From Thermoplasmatota archaeon (GTDB lineage: Archaea > Thermoplasmatota > E2 > DHVEG-1 > B18-G2), in contig JAPDJO010000029.1 in NCBI GenBank assembly GCA_029259115.1, positions 1 to 64,000 on the forward strand: 64,000 nt of DNA, given 5' to 3'. Below, piece after piece: positions 40,073 to 49,798 of the stretch (positions are counted from its first letter, which is position 1; each line of letters starts with the position of its first letter). The translations under genes were made by a program, and so were the position numbers. The notes beneath the pieces were generated by a model that saw only the letters and a list, made by a program, of their open reading frames with translations, searched no databases and was not told the origin of the DNA.

Positions 40073-41449
40073 ATGAAAGATTTTGATGAGTATATTGAGA
40101 AATTTGAAAAAATCATGAAGAAATATAAGATACCAAGATCGAAATGGACACCACAAGATGAGGTTGTATACTCCCCAAAAGATCCTTTTAGAGTACCACC
40201 AAAGGAGGCGGAAGAATTAAGATTCAAAGCCCTGAAATACTCTTTTGCACATCACTATAAGAACAATACATTTTACAACAAACTATGTAAAGAAAAAGGG
40301 ATCAAACCGGATGACATAAAGAAACCGTCTGATCTTACCAAAATACCTCTCATACCAGATAAATTTTTCAAGGATTATCCAGAGGATGGTAAATCCTTTG
40401 CCATGTGGTTGAGCAATATTTATACAGGAAAACTTCCAGAGATCTACATCAAAAAGAGAAATCCAAAGACAGAGGATGTTATAGATGACTTCAACACCTC
40501 GGGTCTAACAGTTACATTGAGTAGTGGAACGAGTGGAAGACACACGTTCATACCAAGAGATGCCGATACAATAAGGAGAGCAAGCTACTCAATAGCAAAG
40601 AATGTAGTTTCGATGCTCTATCCTTTTTGGGAATACAATATGACAATGTATAAACAAACAGATCCATCTGGAACAAATCTCTGGGTTGGAAAATCTGGAG
40701 CAGTTATTACAGAGATAGTAAAAGAGGCAAGGGTAGGAACAAAAATAAAGATAACTCCAAAGATGGTTAGATTGAGTATGGGAGGAGCAAGAAATTTCAT
40801 AGAGAGAATTGAGAGCAAAATTATTAGATCGATTGCTAAGAGACACAGGGAGAAAATGATTGATGATTTTATAAATCTGTTAGAAGAAATGGAAAAGAGG
40901 GGGACAAAACTAGGTCTTATAGTTCAACCTTCTTTCATGAACATGATCATGAAAGTTCTAGAGAGGAGGGGACTAAGTTTTGACTTCAGTGAAAATGGAG
41001 CAATGTTGACAGGCGGTGGCTGGAAAATAAGTGAGAACGAAAGGATACCACACAAGGAGTACAGGGAGAGAGTAGGAAAGTATCTTTCTATACCAGAGGA
41101 AAGAATACTGGATGTCTATGGAATGGTTGAATGCAATACCGGAATGATACAATGCCCTGAAGGACATTACCTGCATATTCCCTACACTCAAATATATCCG
41201 ATGGTACTTGATGAAAATCTAGAACCCAAAGGATATGGAGAAGTCGGTAGATTTGCATTTTTGGAAGTCACAGCAAGCAGCTATCCGAGCTTCATAATAA
41301 CAGGTGACGAAGTCAAACTTCTAGAGCACTGCCCAGTCTGTGATAGACCTGGTCCGGTTCTAGAGCCTGAGATAAAGAGAGCAAAGGGAGAAGAGGTAAG
41401 AGGTTGTGCTGAAGAGATGAGGAGATTATTCTCTATTAGTGAGGATTGA
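40073..41449 (+). CDS. LuxE-like acyl-protein synthetase, copy 2
   Basis: SSGTSG, TGGGWK, DVYGMVE, RGC. Confidence 0.88.
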   Translation: MKDFDEYIEKFEKIMKKYKIPRSKWTPQDEVVYSPKDPFRVPPKEAEELRFKALKYSFAHHYKNNTFYNKLCKEKGIKPDDIKKPSDLTKIPLIPDKFFKDYPEDGKSFAMWLSNIYTGKLPEIYIKKRNPKTEDVIDDFNTSGLTVTLSSGTSGRHTFIPRDADTIRRASYSIAKNVVSMLYPFWEYNMTMYKQTDPSGTNLWVGKSGAVITEIVKEARVGTKIKITPKMVRLSMGGARNFIERIESKIIRSIAKRHREKMIDDFINLLEEMEKRGTKLGLIVQPSFMNMIMKVLERRGLSFDFSENGAMLTGGGWKISENERIPHKEYRERVGKYLSIPEERILDVYGMVECNTGMIQCPEGHYLHIPYTQIYPMVLDENLEPKGYGEVGRFAFLEVTASSYPSFIITGDEVKLLEHCPVCDRPGPVLEPEIKRAKGEEVRGCAEEMRRLFSISED

Positions 41450-42239
41450 TACTGAGAAATTCTAAAGATATCATAAATATCCCTAGAACTGCAAGTAGAA
41501 CAGATATCGCTTTCATTAGTATATCTTCTGGAGAGGCATTTGCAAATTTGGCACTCAGATTTCCGCTTATTGCTGCTCCTATTCCAACAACTAATCCGCT
41601 GATTAAATCTACATTCCCATACATGGCATGAGCGAATGTAGCGAATAGAGCTGTTAGTGCCATGAGGAATGCTGCACCTCCAACAGCTTTATGCAACGGT
41701 AAATTAAAAACTAATAACAAGATAACAAAAAACCATATACCTCCAGTCGCACCGAATATGCTTGCTATCACACCTACCCACAGACCGATGCCAATTCCTA
41801 TAATTAATTTCAGATTTCTACTCTTTACGTTAAATATCGCACCAAATCTCTTCACCACCTCTTCCCTATCAAAGCCTTTCCTCCAGAGATATACACTCAT
41901 GAAAATTAAAACTATGCCGAATAAACCCCTAAGTTGAGCTTCTGGAGTTTTGAATGCTAATAATGCCCCTATCTGTGAACCTGGTATAGCTCCAAGAATG
42001 AGCCATATACAGGGTTGAAAATCTATATTCCTATTTCTGTAGTACACAGATGATACAACAGATGAGGCTATGAAGCTAGCAAGAAGCGTTGTCCCTATCG
42101 ATTCGTGAATCGAAAAACCTAAAAGAAGATAGAGCAAAGATATCATCACCACTGCGCCGCTGGCTCCGACTAAACCTATTATAATTCCCGCAAAAGAACC
42201 TATTCCAAGCATTATCGCTAAATCCATTGCAGATATCAT
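41436..42239 (-). CDS. TauE/SafE (TSUP) family permease
   Basis: Two G..G..G.GG repeats; about 8 TM. Confidence 0.88.
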   Translation of the reverse strand: MISAMDLAIMLGIGSFAGIIIGLVGASGAVVMISLLYLLLGFSIHESIGTTLLASFIASSVVSSVYYRNRNIDFQPCIWLILGAIPGSQIGALLAFKTPEAQLRGLFGIVLIFMSVYLWRKGFDREEVVKRFGAIFNVKSRNLKLIIGIGIGLWVGVIASIFGATGGIWFFVILLLVFNLPLHKAVGGAAFLMALTALFATFAHAMYGNVDLISGLVVGIGAAISGNLSAKFANASPEDILMKAISVLLAVLGIFMISLEFLSINPH

Positions 42240-42324
42240 TTTGCTGCAAGGTATCTCTATGGATGTTTAAAGAGGTTTGCAAGGTGGAAACTAATATAAA
42301 ATGCATGTGTTTTACTGTAAGGAA

Positions 42325-43716
42325 ATGGTATCATTTGATGAGTATATCAGAAAACTTGATGAAAGACTCGAAAAATATATACCTCCAAAAAAAGAATGGG
42401 GTCCTCCAGAACACGCTGTTTACGGAGTGAAAGATTTATACAATGTACCTCTGAAGAAGGCAAAAGAATTGCAATTTAAAGCCATAAAATACCAGTTCAA
42501 AAGACACTACGAAAAAAATAAATTTTATAGAGAATTCTGTAGGGGTCAAGATATTGAACCTGAAAACATCAAGAAGTATGAGGATTTGGATAAAATTCCT
42601 CTTTTGCAGGACAAATTCTTTAAAGATTATCCAGAAGGAAGGGACTTTGCCGTCTGGTTAAGTAATACATTTACTGGAGATCTTCCAACTATAAGAATAA
42701 GAGAAAAGCACCCGACATACGATGATGTAATAAAGGCATTCAACTCAGCAGGTCTTGCTATATCTCATAGTAGTGGAACAAGCGGGAGACATACGTTTAT
42801 TCCGAGAGATAAAAAGACTTTTGATATAGCAGAGTATGCCCTTGCAAAAGCTATCGTATCAATGGTATATCCGCTATGGGAATATGATATTTCTGCATAT
42901 CTATTGATGCCGAATCCATTTAAAACAACCTTATTTGCTGGAAAGGTGTGTGGAGTCCTTTATGATGCTGTGAAAGATGTTACTTCTGCTATAGATAGAG
43001 AGATAACAACTGAGACAATAAGACTTCTAATGTCAGGAAGAGGAATAAAAGCCTCATTTATCAGATTGGCAGCAGCTATAAGTGGAAAAAAGATAATCAA
43101 AAACATAGTAAAATGGTTAGAAGAGAAAGAAAAAAAGAAAGGCAAGATTGCCTTCGTTGGTGCCCCTTATATATTGCATGAGGTCATAGAATATCTTAAA
43201 AGGGAAGGGAAAACTTTCGATTTCTCTGACAGAGGAGGAGTAGTAACTGGTGGCGGCTGGAAGATACATGAAAATAGAAGGCTGCCTGTCGAAGATTTCA
43301 TAAAGGAAGTTAATGAGACCCTTGGAATAAAGGAAGAACATTGTTTAGATGTCTATGCTATGGTTGAGGGTAATGGTATAATGACTCATTGCCCAGAGGG
43401 GCATTATCTACATATCCCCATAACATATCTACATCCAATGGTCATAGACAAGGATATGAATCCTGTAGATTACGAAGAATATGGCAGATTCGCCTTTCTG
43501 GATGGAACAGCTTATAGTTATCCAGGTTTTATTGTTAGCGGAGACAGAGTTAGAATGCTTGAGAGATGTCCAGTCTGTGATAGACCTGGTCCGGTTCTAG
43601 AGCCTGAGATAAAGAGAGCAAAAGGAGAAGAGGTAAGAGGTTGTGCTGAAGAGGTAAGGAGAATGTTGACAATGGATGTTGGTAGAGATCAGGGGGTGTT
43701 TGTTTGGAAAAGATAA
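42325..43716 (+). CDS. LuxE-like acyl-protein synthetase, copy 3
   Basis: Start MVSFDEY matches the paralogues; SSGTSG, TGGGWK, DVYAMVE, RGC. Confidence 0.88.
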   Translation: MVSFDEYIRKLDERLEKYIPPKKEWGPPEHAVYGVKDLYNVPLKKAKELQFKAIKYQFKRHYEKNKFYREFCRGQDIEPENIKKYEDLDKIPLLQDKFFKDYPEGRDFAVWLSNTFTGDLPTIRIREKHPTYDDVIKAFNSAGLAISHSSGTSGRHTFIPRDKKTFDIAEYALAKAIVSMVYPLWEYDISAYLLMPNPFKTTLFAGKVCGVLYDAVKDVTSAIDREITTETIRLLMSGRGIKASFIRLAAAISGKKIIKNIVKWLEEKEKKKGKIAFVGAPYILHEVIEYLKREGKTFDFSDRGGVVTGGGWKIHENRRLPVEDFIKEVNETLGIKEEHCLDVYAMVEGNGIMTHCPEGHYLHIPITYLHPMVIDKDMNPVDYEEYGRFAFLDGTAYSYPGFIVSGDRVRMLERCPVCDRPGPVLEPEIKRAKGEEVRGCAEEVRRMLTMDVGRDQGVFVWKR

Positions 43717-45134
43717 GTTTCCCTGAGCCCGAAAAGGTGTTGAAAGAAAAACCTTCTCTGAAGAAGTATCTGAAGTATTTACTGTTTTTTGGACCTGGAG
43801 CAATAATAGCCTCTGTAACCATAGGTCAGGGTCAACTCATACTAGGCCCTCAATTGGGGGCATGGGCTGGTCCAAGGCTACTTTGGCTTATAACCATAAA
43901 CATAGCCTCTTACATAATAGCATACCTAAGTTGCAGATATACCTTGATCACCGGACTCAACATGATGGACGTATTTTCTACCAAGTTGAAAGGGATTCTG
44001 AATATTATTTTCATACTGATAATGCTGATATTCGTTCCTATATTTGCAGCAACTATAATAACATCTCTTGGCCAAAGTCTAGCCTGGATGTTTGGCTTTG
44101 GAGATTATCTTATCTGGGGCATTTCTTTTGCTTTGCTTGCTGCGATACTTGCGGTAGCTGGAAGATATAGATTGCTGGAGTACACTCAATTGATTTTTGT
44201 TTTAATTCTAGCAATAGGAGCAATAGTATCGGTAGCTATGATACCCAATCTGAATCTTGCAGAGATAGTTCCACACTTTTTCACAATCGGTGATTTTCCA
44301 GAGTATCCGCAATGGGTCATAGATATGGGTGAAGCAACGAAGCCGATTCCTTTGTTGATACTGGGATACGTAGGTACCCTCACTATAACCATAGTTACGC
44401 TAGTTGGGTATGCTGGATGGGTAAAGGTAAAAGGCTGGGGTATCTTTAAGGATCAGAAAGATCCCGAGAGATTATCAAGAAGATTATTCTCTCTATTTAA
44501 GAAGGCCGGTAAGGTTGAATATCTTCCAAAGGATAAGAAGGAGATTAGGAAAGCAAAACTCCTAACAAAGCCTATATTGATAGATCTGTCTCTTGCTTTC
44601 ATATTCGTATCGATAGCATCTGCAGCATACATGATAGCAGGCTATTACCTGTTAGGCCCAAGGCATGAGTTACCCACAGATATAGATCTTCTCAAAAAAC
44701 AAGCAATTATATTTTCCAACATAGCGTCGTGGCTTAAGCCTCTATATCAAATAAGCGTATTCTTTGCCTTATTTGGTACAATCTATGGTGGATTTGAGGC
44801 TGCATCTAGGATGTTATATGAGACTAGTAAAAACCTGATCAGAAGGGTATCACTCCTAGACTATCCAAAGTTTATGCAATACTTCTTGATATATATTCTC
44901 GCACTTGGATTACCTCTAGCTATACTTATGAGATTTGGACTATCTGTTATAGTGATGTTGAGTATCACTTTACTATTCATAGGTGTTATAGGGGTCATAA
45001 TATATGGAGTAGGAACAATCTATGTCATACAAACTACTTTACCCAAAGAGTACAAACTAAATAAATTTACTTTATCTCTAGGAGTAATAGCAATAATATT
45101 ACTTCTAGTACCGTTTCTGTCATTTGTCATGTAG
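43704..45134 (+). CDS. NRAMP-like (APC superfamily) transporter lacking the DPGN metal motif
   Basis: GPGAIIAS..IG.G.LI..P..GA..G; about 11 TM; TTG start overlapping luxE3 after GGGGGTG. Confidence 0.75.
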   Translation: MEKISFPEPEKVLKEKPSLKKYLKYLLFFGPGAIIASVTIGQGQLILGPQLGAWAGPRLLWLITINIASYIIAYLSCRYTLITGLNMMDVFSTKLKGILNIIFILIMLIFVPIFAATIITSLGQSLAWMFGFGDYLIWGISFALLAAILAVAGRYRLLEYTQLIFVLILAIGAIVSVAMIPNLNLAEIVPHFFTIGDFPEYPQWVIDMGEATKPIPLLILGYVGTLTITIVTLVGYAGWVKVKGWGIFKDQKDPERLSRRLFSLFKKAGKVEYLPKDKKEIRKAKLLTKPILIDLSLAFIFVSIASAAYMIAGYYLLGPRHELPTDIDLLKKQAIIFSNIASWLKPLYQISVFFALFGTIYGGFEAASRMLYETSKNLIRRVSLLDYPKFMQYFLIYILALGLPLAILMRFGLSVIVMLSITLLFIGVIGVIIYGVGTIYVIQTTLPKEYKLNKFTLSLGVIAIILLLVPFLSFVM

Positions 45135-45151
45135 AAAATTATTCCAATTAA

Positions 45152-45427
45152 ATTAGTCGTATAAATATTCTCCATCACATCGAAGATCTAAGATCAGTTA
45201 TACGAGAAATCAAGAGAGTATTAAAGAGTGGAGGCATCGTATTTGTTCTAGATTTTTATAGAGATTCTCTCCTTGGAAAGATAATAAATCTCTATGAAAG
45301 GATCTTATCAAATCCCGGACTCATAGACCCTTTCCACCTCGAAAAACTTTTCAAAGAAGAGGGTTTTGAGGGAAAGATAAAAATGGTGTCTAATTTTCAG
45401 TATGTTTATCTCGGAAAGAAATCGTAG
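45152..45427 (+). pseudogene. C-terminal remnant of class I SAM methyltransferase
   Basis: Frame reads ISRINILHHIEDLRSVIREIKRVLKSGGIVFVLDF...; in-frame stop at 45149, no start codon, no motif I. Confidence 0.7.
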
Positions 45428-46040
45428 TCTTTCTTGAAATAACACAGATCTTTATCTTGTTTAGACCCTTCAAATCTTTCATATCCATTACCTCTATTTC
45501 TTCAAATCCAGAGGTTTGTAATAAATCTAGAACATATCTGAGGTTGTGAGGTTTAAATCCAAATATCTTTCCAAGAATTTTTCCAAAGATGTTATTCCTT
45601 ATAACTAGGACGAGAAGTTTGCCATCACTCTTGATAGTTTTATAAACTTCTTTAAAAAGATTTTCAGGATCTATATACTCTATAAGACCGGATGTAACAA
45701 CAAAATCCAAGGAATCTTCTTTAATTGGTATGCCCAGTGATAGATCAGCCTTTACCAAATCTATGTTTTTGATTCTTTCATTGCGCGTATATTCATGCAA
45801 AATTTTCAATAAACCATTCGACTCATCTACCGCGATCACTCTGCAATTCCTATTTCTCTTCGCTATAAATATGGATAGAAGACCTGATCCGCAACCTAGA
45901 TCAGATACAATTCCATCAAAATCGAATTTGTTGAGCAGTTTTCCTATCGCTCTCTTATATCCAAATACACTTATTATCCAATCATACAACCTCGGAAACT
46001 TTTTGAATAACAGATATCTCTGTATCGTGAATTTCCCCAT
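45390..46040 (-). CDS. Class I SAM-dependent methyltransferase
   Basis: DLGCGSG, AVD, AD...P...SLD.V. Confidence 0.88.
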   Translation of the reverse strand: MGKFTIQRYLLFKKFPRLYDWIISVFGYKRAIGKLLNKFDFDGIVSDLGCGSGLLSIFIAKRNRNCRVIAVDESNGLLKILHEYTRNERIKNIDLVKADLSLGIPIKEDSLDFVVTSGLIEYIDPENLFKEVYKTIKSDGKLLVLVIRNNIFGKILGKIFGFKPHNLRYVLDLLQTSGFEEIEVMDMKDLKGLNKIKICVISRKTTISFRDKHTEN

Positions 46041-46097
46041 TCAAGATGTAATAGATAAGAAAAACTTATGTATCTTTGCAAATTATTATTTTATAGT

Positions 46098-46182
46098 GCA
46101 GGGGTAGCCAAGCCTGGTCAAAGGCGCCAGACTCAAGATCTGGTCCCGGAGGGGTTCAGGAGTTCGAATCTCCTCCCCTGCA
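46098..46182 (+). tRNA. tRNA-Leu(CAA)
   Basis: GCAGGGG/CCCCTGC acceptor, CCAGA-CTCAAGA-TCTGG anticodon arm, long variable arm, TTCGAAT loop. Confidence 0.96.
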
Positions 46183-46185
46183 CTT

Positions 46186-46758
46186 TTAAAATCTGTTGAT
46201 ATGAAGAATTTTCTCGAGTCTTCTCTTAGGTACATGCATTACTCCATCTTTATCTCTCCAGTACCTTATCGAATCTTCCGCATCTTCAACAACAGATTTC
46301 TCTGCAGGAAAACCGAGAGCAATAACAGAATGGATATAGTATTCTGGTGGAATGTTTAAGATGTCTCTAAGAAAATCTCTGTCAATATTTCCAAGCATAC
46401 AGCTACCTATACCATAGGAATATGCTAGAATCATGATGTTCTCTGCAGCCAGCCCTACATCGATATCTGAGAATTGGCTGATTCCCTTCTTTACGAGAAT
46501 TACTATGTAAGCTGTCGGTCTCTCCTCCTTATCGGGCTTCCATTCAGGTTTTATATATCCTGCCCACCTTAGAGCAGGGAATATCTTGTCACATAATTTT
46601 TGATCGTTGATGACTATATATTCGAGAGGTTGAAGGTTTGCGCCGGAAGGCGCTAACCTAGCTGCGTTCACTAATTTTTTGAGAAATTCTAGAGGAATAG
46701 GGATCTGTTTGAATCTTCTTATAGATCTTCTACCAATAATAGCAGATTCCACGTCCAT
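46186..46758 (-). CDS. Nitroreductase family protein
   Basis: RRSIR.F, APSGANLQP, A.ENI...A...GIGSC. Confidence 0.92.
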   Translation of the reverse strand: MDVESAIIGRRSIRRFKQIPIPLEFLKKLVNAARLAPSGANLQPLEYIVINDQKLCDKIFPALRWAGYIKPEWKPDKEERPTAYIVILVKKGISQFSDIDVGLAAENIMILAYSYGIGSCMLGNIDRDFLRDILNIPPEYYIHSVIALGFPAEKSVVEDAEDSIRYWRDKDGVMHVPKRRLEKILHINRF

Positions 46759-46821
46759 GCAGAAGAGAATACTCACGGATAAGAAAACCCTTTTGTATCT
46801 ATTATCACATCATCTAAAATA

Positions 46822-48303
46822 ATGAAGATAAAAAGAAGGAAAGGCGGATTTGTAAAGACAGCACCAAAATCCCTAGAAAAGAAGATATTGGATAATGCAG
46901 TTAAGATTAAGGAAGACTTTACAATAATTCTACCAGTACCTGTAGATGAAAAATCTAAAAAATCCATAGGCAAGCTTAGAAAGAAATTGGAAAAGGTTTG
47001 GCAGTATAGAGACGATACCAAAAAACTTGAAAAGATTTCTAAAAAGAAAGGGCTGGAGTCTGCACTTGCAGGAATTTTGATACTAGCCAATAATCCTAAG
47101 GCTCCTTATCTAGCTCATGTTAAGATAGGGGATAGAGATGTCGCATATGCGTTGAGAGGAAAAGCAGAAAAAGAGAAACTTATTTCTTTGCAATACTTCG
47201 ATGATCCCGTGCTGCGTATTTTGGGATTTATAGATTTGTGCAGCAAAAAGAATCTTTCGTTATACTCATGGAAGGATAAATTCCTGTGCTCCTCAAAAGA
47301 TGATATCCCTGAAGATTTTCTGGAATTCCTGTCCACTTACCTAGGATTACAGAGGGAAGGGTCTCTACTAAAATGTCATCATATATGTTCAGATAGAGCA
47401 ACTAAGGAACATTTGTTGATTAGATTGAAAAATCTAAAAATAGCGATCTGTAGGGATTGCCTTGAGGATAAAAATACGGTTTTCGAGATAACAAAGCATG
47501 CTTTTATTCCGAATATCCAAAAGGTTTTAAGCATTGAGATAAAGTCAGAACTTCTAGAGTATGGGGTAGAGGTTGAGTACAAAGAAGATTATCTAAGCGG
47601 TAAATTGAATGACAGGGAATTCTTTGAGAGGAATCTTGAAACATGGAAAAATAAACTCAAAATCGAGGAAAAGAAAATCATCTACATAAATGGTAAAGTG
47701 TACAGTGATTTTACATCATTTCTAAATGAATTGGGTATTGAGAAAACTGAAAGAAAGGCAATCGAAATCCTTCTAACAAAGATAAACGAGCCTATTTTCT
47801 TGGATAGCAAAAATGTAAATGTAATTCTCGAAAGGTATTGGAAAAGCTATGGTGAAGAAATCTTGACCGAACTCTCAGACGATCCGAATCTAGCAAAGAA
47901 GGTATTTAATCCCAGCGAATCGCCAATCAAGCAGATAAGGCATCTTGAAAGTATTAGCAAAAAAATAGATAGAATCTCAAAATATCCAACTTATGAGAAT
48001 CTTCCACCTGTAGCAAAATTCATCGATGATATAGCAAAAGAGTATATAGCTCATGGTAAAGAGAAGGTTCTATCTATTCTATCCAAACCACCTAAGGGAA
48101 TTAAAGAGAGATCTTTGGCATATGCCTTTCTTCTTGCTCTTGGAAAAGGTGAGGAAAGAAAATGGCAATATAAGAAGGAAGAGGTGGAGTTTGGTGAATT
48201 TCTTAAAAGATATGTCGTGAAGCTCTTAAGCTCAAAACCGGAGGAGTACCATGAGAATCTGAAAATGCTCCTGTCTGTGAGTGGAGTGAGTGAAGAAATC
48301 TAG
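46822..48303 (+). CDS. Hypothetical protein
   Basis: 493-aa ORF with host-like composition; C.H...C..C motif. Confidence 0.75.
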   Translation: MKIKRRKGGFVKTAPKSLEKKILDNAVKIKEDFTIILPVPVDEKSKKSIGKLRKKLEKVWQYRDDTKKLEKISKKKGLESALAGILILANNPKAPYLAHVKIGDRDVAYALRGKAEKEKLISLQYFDDPVLRILGFIDLCSKKNLSLYSWKDKFLCSSKDDIPEDFLEFLSTYLGLQREGSLLKCHHICSDRATKEHLLIRLKNLKIAICRDCLEDKNTVFEITKHAFIPNIQKVLSIEIKSELLEYGVEVEYKEDYLSGKLNDREFFERNLETWKNKLKIEEKKIIYINGKVYSDFTSFLNELGIEKTERKAIEILLTKINEPIFLDSKNVNVILERYWKSYGEEILTELSDDPNLAKKVFNPSESPIKQIRHLESISKKIDRISKYPTYENLPPVAKFIDDIAKEYIAHGKEKVLSILSKPPKGIKERSLAYAFLLALGKGEERKWQYKKEEVEFGEFLKRYVVKLLSSKPEEYHENLKMLLSVSGVSEEI

Positions 48304-48371
48304 CAGTTATTGAAATTGGATCATAACTGTTGGAATATAAGAGAAAAGATCAAAACTTGAGATATCTTGAA

Positions 48372-48992
48372 TCAATAACCCTCTTTATTTCTTTCATAGA
48401 GTTCTACGGCATTTTTTATCATTTTTATTAAAACTCCCTTAGCCTCAACCGGGCTATTTTTACCTAAGAAACTGTAGCCTGTAGCATAGCAAGGTTTCAC
48501 AACCCCTCGATCATATCCCAGAGTTATAACAGTATACATCGGTACACCGCCTTGCTTTGAGATATCGAAGGATCTATAGACATCTCTGAATGTGCCATCA
48601 ACATGATCTAGATTAATATGTATTAGAGTTATTCCAGTTCCTGAGAAATTCTTTGTTTTGACTAGGAAAGGTTTTTTTATATCATCAACATCAAAAATTT
48701 CTTTGATTATTGGATCCATTTCATCACAAGCGGAACAAACGTCTATCCTAAAATGTAAGAAGACTGGTCCTTTGGATAGATTCTCAAGAATAAATTCAGG
48801 AAAATCTTTACCGTCCACTGTCTCAAATCTAAATTCCAGAATGGTCTTTGGATCCATCTTTATACAACTTAGACATAATACTGATACAATCTTATCTTTC
48901 ACATCACTATAAACGTGTGTAGATGCAAATATGTAAGACAGTGAGACTAGAGAAATTACAAATATACTTATGGCAAGATATGTCTTTTTCAT
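48372..48992 (-). CDS. Membrane-anchored thioredoxin-fold protein
   Basis: N-terminal TM; CLSC and CSAC motifs; GVP. Confidence 0.78.
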   Translation of the reverse strand: MKKTYLAISIFVISLVSLSYIFASTHVYSDVKDKIVSVLCLSCIKMDPKTILEFRFETVDGKDFPEFILENLSKGPVFLHFRIDVCSACDEMDPIIKEIFDVDDIKKPFLVKTKNFSGTGITLIHINLDHVDGTFRDVYRSFDISKQGGVPMYTVITLGYDRGVVKPCYATGYSFLGKNSPVEAKGVLIKMIKNAVELYERNKEGY

Positions 48993-49798
48993 GTTCCCAC
49001 TCTATAGGTTATTATCTTTTTTGGGCAAGCCTCTATACATCTACCACATAGTATACACTCTGGCGATCTGTCCATATTTGGAACATCTATGCCCATTGGA
49101 CAAGCTTCTACGCATTTATTACAATGTATACACTTTTCCTTATCAACATAAACATGAAGTAAGCTGATCTTGTTGAAAGGAGCCATAAGGGCTCCAAGAG
49201 GGCAGAAGTATTTGCACCATCCTCTTTCAGAGAAAAATATCAGTATGATGAATAATACAAATACAACTAATGCCAATGGGAAGAATGGATTTGGAGTAAA
49301 TTTTCCATAGTTCAATATTCCTATTGGGATAGTCCCAACTAGAAAGCCTACAGGACATATATCCGTAAACATGAAACCTACGAAATATGGAGCGATAATA
49401 ACTAATACAATTAAATTCAAGTATTTTACATATCTGATTTTGCTTTTGATGCTCTCTGGAATTTTCATGGATAAATATTTGCTTAGTCTATTTCTGGAAA
49501 ACTTGGAAGTTGCTCTCTGTAACAGACCAATTGGACATATCCATCCACATACAGCTCTACCCAAAAGAGATGAGATTGATGAAAATAGAAGAACCGGGTA
49601 GAGAAGTAAAGGGAAAGATATTTTTCCCTTGTAAACCGCATGCTCCATAATACCAAGTGGACAACCTGCAGAGGCATAGGGGCATGCGTGGCAGTAAAAG
49701 AAGGGGTAACAAAAACCTGTTTTTATGCCTGTTGCTCCCAGGTTAGCAAAAACCAGAGATATGAATTGGGATATCAATCTCTTTATTTGTAATCTCAT
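48989..49798 (-). CDS. Membrane 4Fe-4S protein (NapH/MauN-like)
   Basis: CGWICP.G, WCKYFCPLG, two CxxCxxCxxxCP motifs; TM helices. Confidence 0.88.
   Translation of the reverse strand: MRLQIKRLISQFISLVFANLGATGIKTGFCYPFFYCHACPYASAGCPLGIMEHAVYKGKISFPLLLYPVLLFSSISSLLGRAVCGWICPIGLLQRATSKFSRNRLSKYLSMKIPESIKSKIRYVKYLNLIVLVIIAPYFVGFMFTDICPVGFLVGTIPIGILNYGKFTPNPFFPLALVVFVLFIILIFFSERGWCKYFCPLGALMAPFNKISLLHVYVDKEKCIHCNKCVEACPMGIDVPNMDRSPECILCGRCIEACPKKIITYRVGT

Noticed and set aside
38932-43653. DGR template/variable repeats
   Set aside because: Mismatches are synonymous and not adenine-specific, and no reverse transcriptase is present
37698-43716. Bioluminescence operon
   Set aside because: No luxA, B, C or D in the window; LuxE homologues occur widely in non-luminous organisms
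37698-46182. LuxE cluster as an integrated island at tRNA-Leu
   Set aside because: No integrase, no duplicated tRNA end seen, the cluster lies on the 5' side of the tRNA, and composition looks host-like
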